A stretch of 63,149 bases of DNA, filler included, from Octopus bimaculoides (GCF_001194135.2; 6 parts of 6 records of this genome joined end to end with filler, not necessarily neighbours in it), one strand, 5' to 3'. Positions 36,000-49,495 are shown, counted from the whole stretch's first letter. The notes: generated by a model not told the origin, from the sequence alone. Numbers and translations are program-made.

Positions 36000-37071
36000 T
36001 TCATCGAAGTAAGCAACATGAAACACAGTAAGCAACATGAAACGCAGTAAGCAACGTCAGCAAGAATGCACAGTGGACCCACAGCGGCATTTGTGAGGCT
36101 CAAAAATTTGGGAGTCAAGCTTCTAAGAAACACTGCTACAGTTTTGAAACTGCTCGCTAACGAAGTCTTTAAAAATCCGCATGAAAGAGAAAAAAATGTT
36201 GAGGACGCAAGAGGAAAATTTTAATTTAAGATGAGTTACGACAATATGAATCTGAAAAATGACAGATACATCACATTGTCTTTCCTTTTATTGATTTCAA
36301 ATATTGGACATTATTTCGAAGCCGGACATCATAAAACACTAAGTAACACCTCACACGTTTATAAATACGCACACGCCCCCCCACACACACACATACATAT
36401 TTATGTATGTCTATGCATACATATGTATATATATGTGTGTGTGTATGCAGATATGTATATATATATATATTGATTATTGTAGCTTAAACGTGTTATTAAA
36501 CAAGGAATTGAACACCCAATAGCTCTGGTATATATGTGTGCGCGCGTGTGTGTGTGCATGCGTGCGTGCGTGTGCATGTGTGTGTGCCAAGGATTTTTGT
36601 CTCGTTGTTAAAGGTAGTTCTTTAGATGGTAATTGTTATTCACTTTTCACATGATGCTAGATCCTCTCTCTCTCTCTCTCCCTCTCTCTCTCTCTCTTCC
36701 TCTCTATCGTCCTCGTATATGATATTTTTCCACGTGACATAGTTTGCACACTTTTACAGATATTGTGTAAACGTTTACAGATTCCACAACGAAACATTGA
36801 ATGGTTATGTCACTGTCACCTTTCAACACTCACTCTTTGTCCATACTTATTTGAAAAGCATTATTATGTTCACTTCGAACTGTAGAGAAGCTGCCATAGG
36901 TAGAATACGTCGTAATTATTGAAATAATTGTCTATGGATCCAATGCAGCTGATCTGTTTATCGTCACACGTTGTTACTCTGGCATTGAATTCTATAATCT
37001 TCTTCAAGTATTTACCTATGAGTGAACATTGCAGAATCTCAAACAAATATTCGTTGCAGCATGCAAGCTTG

Positions 37072-37540
37072 TATGTATGTATGTATGTATGTATGTATGT
37101 ATGCATGTGTGTGTATGTATGTATGTATGTATGTATGTATGTATGTTTGTATGTATGCATGTGTGTGTATGTATGTATGTATGAATGTATGTATGAATGT
37201 ATATATGTATATATGCATGTATGCATATATTCATCTATGTATATATGAATGTATGTATGAATGTATATATGTATGTATGCATGTATGCATATATTCATCT
37301 ATGTATGTATGTATGTATGTATGTATGCATGCATATATGTATGTATACATGTATGTATATATTCATCTATGTATGTAGCTGTCTATGTATGAATGTATGT
37401 AAGAATGTATATATGTATGTATGCATGTATGTATGTATTCATCTATGTATATGTCTATGTATGAATGTATGCATGAATGTATGTATGTATGTATGTATGT
37501 AAGTATATATGCATATATGTATGTATGTACGTATACATAT
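37072..37540. repeat. (ATGT)n microsatellite with a higher-order unit (..atatattcatctatgtat..)
   Basis: Directly visible. Confidence 0.9.
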
Positions 37541-38496
37541 ATGACATTCCATTTACTAACTGTTGAATCGTGATCCTATTATCGCTCCCTCTTAAACTAA
37601 CATGGAGACTACATTAAACCGTCAGGTTATTCATATATATACAACAAACAATACCTCTTTCTCAATCCCTTTGCAATCTTTACCATTCCATCTCACTGAC
37701 GACAATATACACACACCACCACCAAAGCAGAATTAGCGGCACCGATCCTTATTTAATGCTTCAGTTACCTGAAACCGTTATTTCTACCTGAGCCTTAACA
37801 TTCTTCAGGATGATATGTTCTTTGCTTCTCTGACTAATTCGATGATCATCGATCTTCGATTCTTCTGCTTGAATGCAACACCAGCGAAATGAAGACATCG
37901 TGAAACATCTACTCTGAAACAATATCTCAGTCAAAAGTTCTTTATTACACTGTCCTTGTGTTTGAGATTTTAAGGCCCTTACACAGAGAAAGTTTGCTTA
38001 CATGTGTACACACAATACTATTTCCTGAACGTTGTGTATTGTCCATCTTATGGTCCATTATTGACTTCGGAATCCCCTTGTTCGCCATATCGGTGACTTT
38101 TCTTAGTGACCATGTCAAATTATCACCTTAATGCATGAGTAAGGTTATATATATATATATATATATATNNNNNNNNNNNNNNNNNNNNNNNNNNNNNNNN
38201 NNNNNNNNNNNNTTAATTAATTAANNNNNNNNNNNNNNNNNNNNNNNNNNNNNNNNNNNNNNNNNNNNAAGTATGTATGTATGTATGTATGTATGTATGT
38301 ATGTATGTATGTATGTATGTATGTATGCATGTATGCATGCATGCATGTATGTGTGTATGCATGCATGTATGTATCTATCTGTCTGTCTATTTGTTTGTCT
38401 ATTTTTCTGTCTTTCTGTCTCTCTTTCTATCTGTCCGTCTGTCTGTCTGTCTATGTATGTATGTATGTATGTAAGTATCTATCTATCTATCTATCA

Positions 38497-38558
<62 letters not shown>

Positions 38559-38778
38559 GTGTCTGTCTGTGTGTGTGTCTATCTATCTACACTGAGGAGA
38601 AATGTAACAATGCTCAGCCTATCCATGTTCGAATCTGCCTCAACGAATTAAGAATAAATATGCAAGTCATCATTTATAACCGGTTCGGAAATATTAGCAG
38701 GGATCAGGTAATAGTTTCCTTCGCTGAAGTTATAAACAAGTAATTCAGTTGCTGTTATACGTATTGGTCCAGTGCTGC

Positions 38779-38824
38779 TTCCAGCTGACGAGAAAACGAT
38801 GTCGAAACACCATAAGTCGCGGAA
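38779..38824 (+). ncRNA. Degenerate type I hammerhead ribozyme motif
   Basis: ttccag-CTGACGA-ga aaacgatg tc-GAAA-c accataa GTC-gcggaa; core intact, stem II only 2 bp, proximal stem I mismatched. Confidence 0.5.
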
Positions 38825-39022
38825 ACCTTTCTAGTAATGAATAGAGTGTATTATGAATGCATATTCGTCGTAAAGAAGAATCCCTTCCTCTCCTTGGAAA
38901 CGCAAAAGTGATTAACATATTCACGTTCGAAATCATCGATTCGAGTCTAAGCTGTTCACCGTGATTATGACGATTTATCACACGCACACACACAAAAAAC
39001 GTACACGCGCGCGCGCACACAC

Positions 39023-39079
<57 letters not shown>

Positions 39080-39655
39080 NNNNNNNNNNNNNNNNNNNNN
39101 NNNNNNNNNNNNNNNNNNNNNNNNNNNNNNNNNNNNNNNNNNNNNNNNNNNNNNNNNNNNNNNNNNNNNNNNNNNNNNNNNNNNNNNNNNNNNNNNNNNN
39201 NNNNNNNNNNNNNNNNNNNNNNNNNNNNNNNNNNNNNNNNNNNNNNNNNNNNNNNNNNNNNNNNNNNNNNNNNNNNNNNNNNNNNNNNNNNNNNNNNNNN
39301 NNNNNNNNNNNNNNNNNNNNNNNNNNNNNNNNNNNNNNNNNNNNNNNNNNNNNNNNNNNNNNNNNNNNNNNNNNNNNNNNNNNNNNNNNNNNNNNNNNNN
39401 NNNNNNNNNNNNNNNNNNNNNNNNNNNNNNNNNNNNNNNNNNNNNNNNNNNNNNNNNNNNNNNNNNNNNNNNNNNNNNNNNNNNNNNNNNNNNNNNNNNN
39501 NNNNNNNNNNNNNNNNNNNNNNNNNNNNNNNNNNNNNNNNNNNNNNNNNNNNNNNNNNNNNNNNNNNNNNNNNNNNNNNNNNNNNNNNNNNATATATATA
39601 TATATGTATATATATATATAAATATACATATACATACACACATGGATACATAGAT

Positions 39656-39686
<31 letters not shown>

Positions 39687-41395
39687 TATATACGCACATG
39701 TACATACATTACGCTGAAAATCATGGTACACGTACCTGGCATATCAGTTTGTAGTTTTCATATAAGAATGACATTATTTTCTCGGTGCAACTTTTGAGAA
39801 TAACTCCTGTCCTCCATTCTTCAATTTGTTAAGTTACTTGTCTTCTTGATAAGGACCCTCCTGGGGTTCCAGCAGCGGTATGTACAAGAACTGTTTCGAT
39901 GCCCGCAGTTACATCTCAAAACAGTAAGTACACACCTTAATAAGCATACTAATTTAAAAGCAGAGTATACGGACCAAAAACACTATCTTCTTCTTTCTCA
40001 CACATATATACACAAACATACGTGATAGTAATTATGTTTCGCCCTGAGGAAGCATCTCCGCACATACACTAAAACGGATTTTCTAATATTTCTAAGTATT
40101 TGTTACTCGTAGCCAATCGCACTTACGCTAATATTTTGTAAATGGTAAATACGCAAACATCCATAGAGAAACCTGAAACTACATCTAAACACGCTCAAAA
40201 TTACACGCTTCCCCACACACATACATAGACATATACACACGCACAAACACATGCACATCCACACACAGACACGTTCACACACACACACACACACTGACAC
40301 GTAAAATCAGGCATTTTCAAGTAGATAGACGTAGACATGAATACATGTGTCAGTGTGTGCGTATAGATACACTGACACATACACATATACATACATAAAT
40401 ATATACATAGATACATATATACGCATATATACATATGTTATCTAATAAACACAGTATATGTATTTATGTGCTACTATTAGTTTCATGCGCTGAGAGCCTG
40501 CAAAACAGTGTTTTAAACATGTTTGGTGTCCTAGCACAATCATTAGACACTATATATACATGTGTGTGTCAATGTGCGTGTGTGTGCGTAGGTGTTATAT
40601 TTATATATAGACATGTACATGAACACACACATATATTTATGTATGTATGCATGTATGTATGTATGTATGTATGTATGTATGTATGTACAGAAGTATATAC
40701 ATNNNNNNNNNNNNNNNNNNNNNNNNNNNNNNNNNNNNNNNNNNNNNNNNNNNNNNNNNNNNNNNNNNNNNNNNNNNNNNNNNNNNNNNNNNNNNNNNNN
40801 NNNNNNNNNNNNNNNNNNNNNNNNNNNNNNNNNNNNNNNNNNNNNNNNNNNNNNNNNNNNNNNNNNNNNNNNNNNNNNNNNNNNNNNNNNNNNNNNNNNN
40901 NNNNNNNNNNNNNNNNNNNNNNNNNNNNNNNNNNNNNNNNNNNNNNNNNNNNNNNNNNNNNNNNNNNNNNNNNNNNNNNNNNNNNNNNNNNNNNNNNNNN
41001 NNNNNNNNNNNNNNNNNNNNNNNNNNNNNNNNNNNNNNNNNNNNNNNNNNNNNNNNNNNNNNNNNNNNNNNNNNNNNNNNNNNNNNNNNNNNNNNNNNNN
41101 NNNNNNNNNNNNNNNNNNNNNNNNNNNNNNNNNNNNNNNNNNNNNNNNNNNNNNNNNNNNNNNNNNNNNNNNNNNNNNNNNNNNNNNNNNNNNNNNNNNN
41201 NNNNNNNNNNNNNNNNNNNNNNNNNNNNNNNNNNNNNNNNNNNNNNNNNNNNNNNNNNNNNNNNNNNNNNNNNNNNNNNNNNNNNNNNNNNNNNNNNNNN
41301 NNNNNNNNNNNNNNNNNNNNNNNNNNNNNNNNNNNNNNNNNNNNNNNNNNNNNNNNNNNNNNNNNNNNNNNNNNNNNNNNNNNNNNNNNNNNNNN

Positions 41396-41454
<59 letters not shown>

Positions 41455-42506
41455 AACAAACACACACAGGCATATAGTCATGCTTATGCGCATGCGTTTA
41501 CAATTTCATGCATACATATTTACTTAACGCATTCTCATATAAGAACGGAAAAATTAAGCCTACACACGCGTAAGCACTTGACACATGTTCACTAATTCAT
41601 ACATATGCATTAACACACACTTTTACATTTAGAAATAGAAATGTCGAACACTCACATACTCAGGCATAGACTATGCAAAAGTTTATACACACAGACAGAC
41701 ACACACGCACACACAGATACACGCAAGCACACACATACAAAAGCACACACACACAAACATGCATGAAGTTTAGAAAAAGCAACAAACACATTGATACTAG
41801 CATAGAAGCACATATACGTGCACATAGGAAATTTATCTCACTCTCTCTCACTCTGTACTCATAGACACACAGACACACATACACACATATATATATATAT
41901 ATACAAATATGTGTGTATATGTGTGCTCACATCTGTATAAATACACATGAAGACACACAGACATTCTCACAGAGGTTCGTATTTGCACTTACACATACAC
42001 GATCATTCACAAACAAATCTATTCACATATACATGACTGCAAAGACGCACACACACACAAACATTTGTACAAGCATATATTTGCACACACATACACACAC
42101 GTACACACATATACGTACAGACACACACACACACACACGCACACACAAACACACACGTACCGACAAGCTCGCACGCCCTACCCCAAATAATACGAATCGT
42201 TTCAGTCCCACGAACGCACACATGCATACACCTACATACACAGTTACTTTACAGAAGGACTACATTAGTAAATTTTCTACCGTTCTCGGATAATTTGATA
42301 AATTTACAAAATGGAGACCATTAAAATGGCGGCATTTTAATTTTATCAAATTTTGCTCCAACAGACTACGTATAATTTTGATTGATTATTCCATCTGTTG
42401 GCACTTTAAGACACACATACACATTCACACACACACACTCACACATACACACACATACACGCATACGTACACATACACAAAACACACATACACACACACA
42501 GACACA

Positions 42507-42925
42507 TTCTCTCTCTCTCTCTCTCTCACTCTCTCTCACTCTCTCTCACTCTCTCACTCTCTCTCATTCTCTCTCACTCTCTCTCACTCTCCCACTCTCT
42601 CTCTCTCTCATTCTCTCTCACTCTCTCTCACTCTCTCACTCTCTCTCACTCTCTCACTCTCTCTCACTCTCCCACTCTCTCTCACTCTCCCGCTCTCTCT
42701 CACTCTCTCACTCTCTCTCACTCTCTCACTCTCTCTCACTCTCATTCTCTCTCACTCTCTCACTCTCCCACTCTCTCTCACTCTCTCACTCTCTCTCACT
42801 CTCTCACACTCTCTCACTCTCCCACTCTCTCTCACTCTCTCACTCTCTCTCACTCTCTCATTCTCTCTCATTCTCCCATTCTCTCTCTCTCTCTCACTCT
42901 CTCTCTCTCACTCTCTCACCCTCTC
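42507..42925. repeat. (CTCTCTCA)-type compound pyrimidine microsatellite
   Basis: Directly visible. Confidence 0.95.
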
Positions 42926-44014
42926 TTCCTCTCTCCACATCGATGTCTCTGCGTCTCTGTCATTCTGATTCTTTGGTATTGCCCTATCTTGAAGAATCTC
43001 TGCCTTTTCTTCTCTATTCTCCTCTGCAGGTCTGTTTGTCTATCTGTCCATCTATCTGTCTGTTCGTCTTTCTGTCTGTCTGCCTACTAGCTTGCATGCG
43101 TGTATATGTGTCTGTCTATCTGTCTCTGTTTTCTCCCTTTTCTCTATTTCTGAGACAATTTGTTTGTCTTATTCCATGTCCTTGTCTGTTTTCCATTTTC
43201 CCTTTCTGTTGTTATACTCCTTCTCCATCTTTCTCCCGGTTTCTGCCATTCTATTGCTATATCTATTCCTTACACTCTTTCTTATTCTTTCATTCTCTCT
43301 CTCTATCTATCTCTCTCTTTCTCTCTCCCTTTCTCCCTCTCTCCCAGCTGTTCTTCTTTCTCTCACCATCTCTGACACAATTTCTCTGTTTTTCTCTTTC
43401 TCTTCGTCTGTCTCCAATATTTCCAATCCCTTGCTATCTTCCTCTCTCTCTTTGTTTCTTTCTGTGATTCCCAGTCAATTTCTTACTGTCTCTCGTTCTC
43501 TATCTCTTTCCGCTTCCCTATAGTTCTCTAATTTTTCTTCACCGTCCTGATTCCAAGCATTTCTGCTTTTCTCTCCCACCAATTCTCTTCTCTCTTCTTA
43601 TTCTCCCTCTCTCCTCCCCCTCTCTCACCCGCATTCTCTCACCTCATTTTTTTTCTCTCCTTCCTCATTTGACAGTCTGTTATAGTTTGTACTCAGTGAC
43701 ACACGTACACATGCACTTATTCCGCACTTTCTCTCTCTATCTCTCACACCTTCAAGCCCCCCCACCCCTACCAATCACACACACATATACACAAAAACAG
43801 ATATGTAGCTAAGAGAATTACCAATACATACACTCTATCACACCCTCTTCACACACAGGCTCAATCACACAAGCATGCACACACGTATACGCTTAAAAGT
43901 TGTGGTTTGTCAACGAAAGTGGAAGGAAATGCTTAATATAGGCTGCGGAGTATGATTATTTATTTATACCGAATTACATTTCCCTCACCACTCCAGTTTC
44001 TCGTCGCTTCGATC

Positions 44015-44059
44015 TTTTCGCCTGAAGAACGCAGGAGCATGAAACTCGAATAGCGAGAA
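44015..44059 (+). ncRNA. Minimal type I hammerhead ribozyme motif
   Basis: ttttcgc-CTGAAGA-acgc agga gcat-GAAA-c tcga aTA-gcgagaa; 6-7 bp stem I, one mismatch each in stems II and III, palindromic TCGA loop. Confidence 0.7.
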
Positions 44060-44288
44060 AAAAGACATCTATTTTGCGTACACAAACATATAATCACAAT
44101 CTCAGTGTTATCTGCGTTAAGCTTTAAAGAAATATTTCCCTTTCTTCGCTTTAACCCTCCTTCCCTGATTTTTCTCCAGTTAATTTCTCCTTTTCTCGTC
44201 TTCTAGTTCATTTCATCCCCATCTTCATATACTGCTATCTTTTTCTCTCTCACTACCACTATCTATCAATCCGTATTTCTCTACCGAA

Positions 44289-44362
<74 letters not shown>

Positions 44363-44563
44363 GTCTGTCTAATCTTTCCTTCATTTACAAGCCCTCGCGA
44401 AAGAATTTGGAATATACTCATTGAGAATTCGAAAACAAAATCCTACATCTTCTACACCTTCTTCTTCGCTCTTACCTCCTTCTTTTCAACTTTTGACTTC
44501 GTTTTCGTTTTAAATTCTACTCATCCATTCTTATTATACCCATACACAGAAATATACATACAT

Positions 44564-44627
<64 letters not shown>

Positions 44628-45445
44628 GTGTGCTCATCTATTCACATATATTCAAATAAGTATACATTTAGACACGAAGATGTACATGCGTGTATATATA
44701 GAAATATATACGCAAATACACACACACTCACAATTAGACACAGATATGTAATGTAACATACACACATACACGTATATATATATGTATGTATATATTATCA
44801 CTTTCCCACTTTCTCTTTAACTCACACCCCTTTTCTGCTATTTTGTTCACGACAGCCAACGTTATCAATGTCAGCGATTGTAAGCTGATGAAAGTCAAAG
44901 CGGTAGACGGCGAGTCAAGTTTCCAAAATTTTCAAACGTGAAATTCTTTAGCTAGAAGCAGTAAAACAGCGAAACGAAAGTGTATTAGAAGAAGCAAAGA
45001 CTATCTGACAGAATTCTTCAAAAGTGTCACGAAGACCAGCTCTTGCAGAATTAATGGAATCAAAGAAACCGTAATGATTCAACAAACATTTTGTGTTCGC
45101 TATATCAAAAACGTGGTCCACTTAAACATTTTCAAAATGGCTGCTGACAGATTTGATCGCTGGTCGGCGAAGGGTCACAGTGACCTCAGAGCTGTTAGCT
45201 TTATCGATTTTTGCTTTTCATTTTACTTCTAATACACTACTGTCTCGGCAACTTAATCTGCCTAACTTGAAGTCATATAGGCATTCGCACACACATATAC
45301 AATCACATTCTTACACACACAATATGAAAGCCAAATACACAGACATAGAACCGCATATGCGTTCACGTACATGTATACAAGAACAGGTGAAATGTTACCA
45401 ATACATATGTCCGTATCATGACACCAAAATCTTAATATATGTATA

Positions 45446-45529
<84 letters not shown>

Positions 45530-45583
45530 CATATATTTAACACACACACACAGGCACACACACACACACATATATATCTATAC

Positions 45584-45708
45584 AATTAAAATTAGGGTTC
45601 CGCAAGAATTGCTTCACCACATACCGAAAATTAGAAATAGCAGTCAGAATGCTATTTCTAATTTTCGGTGTCTGTCGAAGCAATTCTTGGTGAACTCTAA
45701 TTTTAATT
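45584..45708. repeat. Imperfect hairpin, arms about 59 bp with a 7-nt loop; possible fold-back MITE
   Basis: aattaaaattagggttc..caagaattgcttc..accgaaaattagaaatagca gtcagaa tgctatttctaattttcggt..gaagcaattcttg..gaactctaattttaatt. Confidence 0.8.
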
Positions 45709-45799
45709 ACGTTTATGTAAGTTTATCGATAATGGTATTTTAACACACCGAACAATTTGGTAAAATTACTAATTATTAATTGATTATTAATTTTTACCC

Positions 45800-45837
<38 letters not shown>

Positions 45838-46548
45838 AGGACATAACTATACAAGAATGCCCTTATATATATATAAATAGATAAATATGATTTAGGGAAA
45901 AACGATAGATTCTTCCCTATAAAATTGTTTTCACGATAACTACTTGATAAATTCTTATATAAGAGTTTATCCTATTATTGTATTATATATATATATATAT
46001 ATNNNNNNNNNNNNNNNNNNNNNNNNNNNNNNNNNNNNNNNNNNNNNNNNNNNNNNNNNNNNNNNNNNNNNNNNNNNNNNNNNNNNNNNNNNNNNNNNNN
46101 NNNNNNNNNNNNNNNNNNNNNNNNNNNNNNNNNNNNNNNNNNNNNNNNNNNNNNNNNNNNNNNNNNNNNNNNNNNNNNNNNNNNNNNNNNNNNNNNNNNN
46201 NNNNNNNNNNNNNNNNNNNNNNNNNNNNNNNNNNNNNNNNNNNNNNNNNNNNNNNNNNNNNNNNNNNNNNNNNNNNNNNNNNNNNNNNNNNNNNNNNNNN
46301 NNNNNNNNNNNNNNNNNNNNNNNNNNNNNNNNNNNNNNNNNNNNNNNNNNNNNNNNNNNNNNNNNNNNNNNNNNNNNNNNNNNNNNNNNNNNNNNNNNNN
46401 NNNNNNNNNNNNNNNNNNNNNNNNNNNNNNNNNNNNNNNNNNNNNNNNNNNNNNNNNNNNNNNNNNNNNNNNNNNNNNNNNNNNNNNNNNNNNNNNNNNN
46501 NNNNNNNNNNNNNNNNNNNNNNNNNNNNNNNNNNNNNNNNNNNNNNNN

Positions 46549-46584
<36 letters not shown>

Positions 46585-46872
46585 ACATATGCATAACTGT
46601 TTGCATATGCTTGTTTGTGAAGTAGACATAATTTAATTTATCTCCCATTGTAATCTCAGAAGCATTCAATACTGTTTGACATTGAAATAATTCTTCCCTG
46701 TGACATATACTCCCATTTTAATAAGGGTTGATTTGCCATGAGTGGATGTAACAAATAGACTTACACTATAATATACAGAAATTCTATTCTTTAAAGCCCT
46801 TTCTCTTAATCAAGATTCCGTAATAATATGATTCCCTTTATTATGCTTGAATTTTTATGTTTGTTCGATAGT

Positions 46873-47158
46873 ATAGTTTCATCACCTTCATTCTTACAGT
46901 TACAACGTGTGACCCGTTATTCTCGCGTTATGACTAATAAATGTCTGTTGTGTTCAGTAACTTTCAGCGAATTTTGCGCAGAATATTTCATTGAAACCAA
47001 GGGACTTGTTTGTTCGATAGTATACTTTCATGTTGGTTCTTACAGTCACAACGTGTGGTTTGCTATACCCGCGTCACGACTGATAGATGTTTGTTGTATC
47101 CGTAACTCTTTGCGAATTATGCGCAGAACCCATCACTGAAACGTAGGGACTTGCTTTC
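46873..47158 (+). repeat. Old ~140-bp tandem duplication
   Basis: ttcttacagttacaacgtgtg..gcgaattttgcgcagaa..tgaaaccaagggacttg vs ttcttacagtcacaacgtgtg..gcgaattatgcgcagaa..tgaaacgtagggacttg. Confidence 0.75.
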
Positions 47159-47397
47159 AATGAAGGATTCCTCATACAGGGAATGTCTTGATATTAATCA
47201 TTTTCCCACATGTAAGGTCACCTGAAAGAAGAATATCTACAAATTGACTGATTCACGAACTGAAATTACTCTCTCCAGTTAAACTACAGCACATTAATAT
47301 AGAGACAATTAAATATGGGAAATTACTGTTAAATAGACAACGGAAATTAGAAGTGTTACACCTAAGAGTCACTTTCGGTTGAATATATCACTATATG

Positions 47398-47690
47398 CTC
47401 CACATACATTTTCCAGTCGTTAGACTGCGGCCCTACTTGCAGAATTTTAGCCTGGTACTTATTCTATCGGTGATTTTTGCCGAACTGTTAAGTGTACGCA
47501 AAAACACACCAAAACCGGTTGCCATATATATATATGGGGAAGGGGTTTGTGTTTGTCCCCGCTTGGCAACCGGTTTTGGTGTGTTTTTGCGTACACTTAA
47601 CAGTTCGGCAAAAATCACCGATAGAATAAGTACCAGGCTAAAATTCTGCAAGTAGGGCCGCAGTCTAACGACTGGAAAATGTATGTGGAG
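47398..47690. repeat. Perfect 127-bp inverted duplication of a SINE family B 3' fragment at a contig end
   Basis: 47398-47524 is the reverse complement of 47564-47690; the same 64-aa translation appears on both strands of the ORF track. Confidence 0.92.
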
Positions 47691-47811
47691 NNNNNNNNNN
47701 NNNNNNNNNNNNNNNNNNNNNNNNNNNNNNNNNNNNNNNNNNNNNNNNNNNNNNNNNNNNNNNNNNNNNNNNNNNNNNNNNNNNNNNNNNNNNNNNNNNN
47801 NNNNNNNNNNN

Positions 47812-47834
<23 letters not shown>

Positions 47835-47843
<9 letters not shown>

Positions 47844-47990
47844 TGTTTTTTTTTTCAGTTTCTGTCTACTGAATCCACTCACAAGGCTTTGATATTGTAG
47901 AAGACACTTCTGCGACTGAACCCGGAACGATATGGTTGGAAAGTAAACTTCTTGACTCACAGCCCACGCTTGCTCTTCTGTCATACCAAT
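47835..47990 (-). mobile_element. tRNA-derived SINE, family B head
   Basis: ttcagtttctgtctactgaatccactcacaaggctttg..ctgaacccggaacgatatggttgg. Confidence 0.75.
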
Positions 47991-49029
47991 TTCGATTTTA
48001 CCTTAAATAATGCCGCTCTCATGATTCTTATAATCTGCTGCGTTAGGGAAAGCCGGTTATGGATAAATTTGAGTTGTGATATCACTATTGCTAGAATAGC
48101 TTTATGATAATCCAGTATTAAAGTGCGAATATATGGAGAAATAATGAATATTTATAGTTTTATGTGGCTAAATTAGAATTTGTAATTAAGGAATTTCTTT
48201 TGCAAGGAAATCATTTAAAATCTACAGCACAATCAGTGACACTGCGCATTATATTATTTGCTGTTCACCTTCGAAAACATTTTGTCTTGAAATAGATGTA
48301 ATTTCAATTTTTAAGCAGAAATAATGTATGTGTCACATTCTTTATGTTATATTGCATTAAGCAGAACCAAATATACCTTAAATTATATAATTTAAGATCC
48401 TTAAAACATTTATTAATAACTCATTAATTTATATTTCGAAGATAACAGCGATATTTTCATTTGCAAAACTAGAAATAAATCTGCTGAATCTAGTCTATTT
48501 TAAATGTATCATTTACAAATATATACAACAACAAAAAATTAAATATATTGCCTTATGAAAACACGATCTAAACAGATTATTAATTTCTGAATAAATACAA
48601 AATTTCGAAATCTTTTAATCGTTATTTTAAGAAGTTTAACCATTGTGTAAGACATGCGAGATGTTGTTAACCATTCTCCCTGCCATTCGTTTTTATATAT
48701 TTCTCCCTTTTTTTTCTTTCCTACCTTCCGTCTTCCCATTCCCTCTGTTCAGTCTCTATACAATTCTATAGAAGGCTTTACAAATATGTTCATACAAAGC
48801 AGCATGCTTTGATGTGTAAGTATTTCGTCTAATTTCTTAAAGCGACTTTTATTGTTTTATCCATTTGAATTTATACGGGTATTATCTAATGTGTGTGAAA
48901 TAACGTTGGCCTCTGAAGAAGTGTTTGCCAACCCAAAACACTTAGCTCTTGTGTGATCCATCTATCTGCCTACCCGTCTTTATTTATTTTACTCTGTCTG
49001 TCTATCTAACTGTCTGTCTGTCTACTTCT

Positions 49030-49088
49030 GCATGCATCTCTCTCTCTCTCTCTGTCTCTCTCTCTCTCTGTCTCTCTCTCTCTCTGTC

Positions 49089-49140
<52 letters not shown>

Positions 49141-49174
49141 TCTGTCTCTCTCTCTCTCTGTCTCTCTCTCTCTG

Positions 49175-49209
<35 letters not shown>

Positions 49210-49284
49210 CTGTCTCTCTCTGTCTCTCTCTCAGTCTCTCTCTCTCTCTCTCTCTGTCTGTGTGTGTGTGTGTGTGTATCTCTG

Positions 49285-49317
<33 letters not shown>

Positions 49318-49495
49318 GTCTCACTCTCACTCTCTGTGTCTCTGTCTCTCTGTGTCTCTGTGTCTCTCTGTCTCTGTCTCTCTGTCTCTCTCTGTCTCTG
49401 TCTCTCTGTCTCTCTCTGTCTCTCTCTGTCTCTCTCTGCCTGTCTCTGTCTCTCTCTCTCCCTGTCTCTCTGTCTGTCTGTCTGTCTGTCTCTCT
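49030..49495. repeat. (CT)n/(CTGT)n compound microsatellite
   Basis: Directly visible. Confidence 0.95.

Noticed and set aside
36700-38100. Possible further LRR/LDLa-like fragments (e.g. YLSLNILQDDMFFASLTNSMIIDL near 37.8 kb)
   Set aside because: Single short motifs with no collinear series; insufficient support
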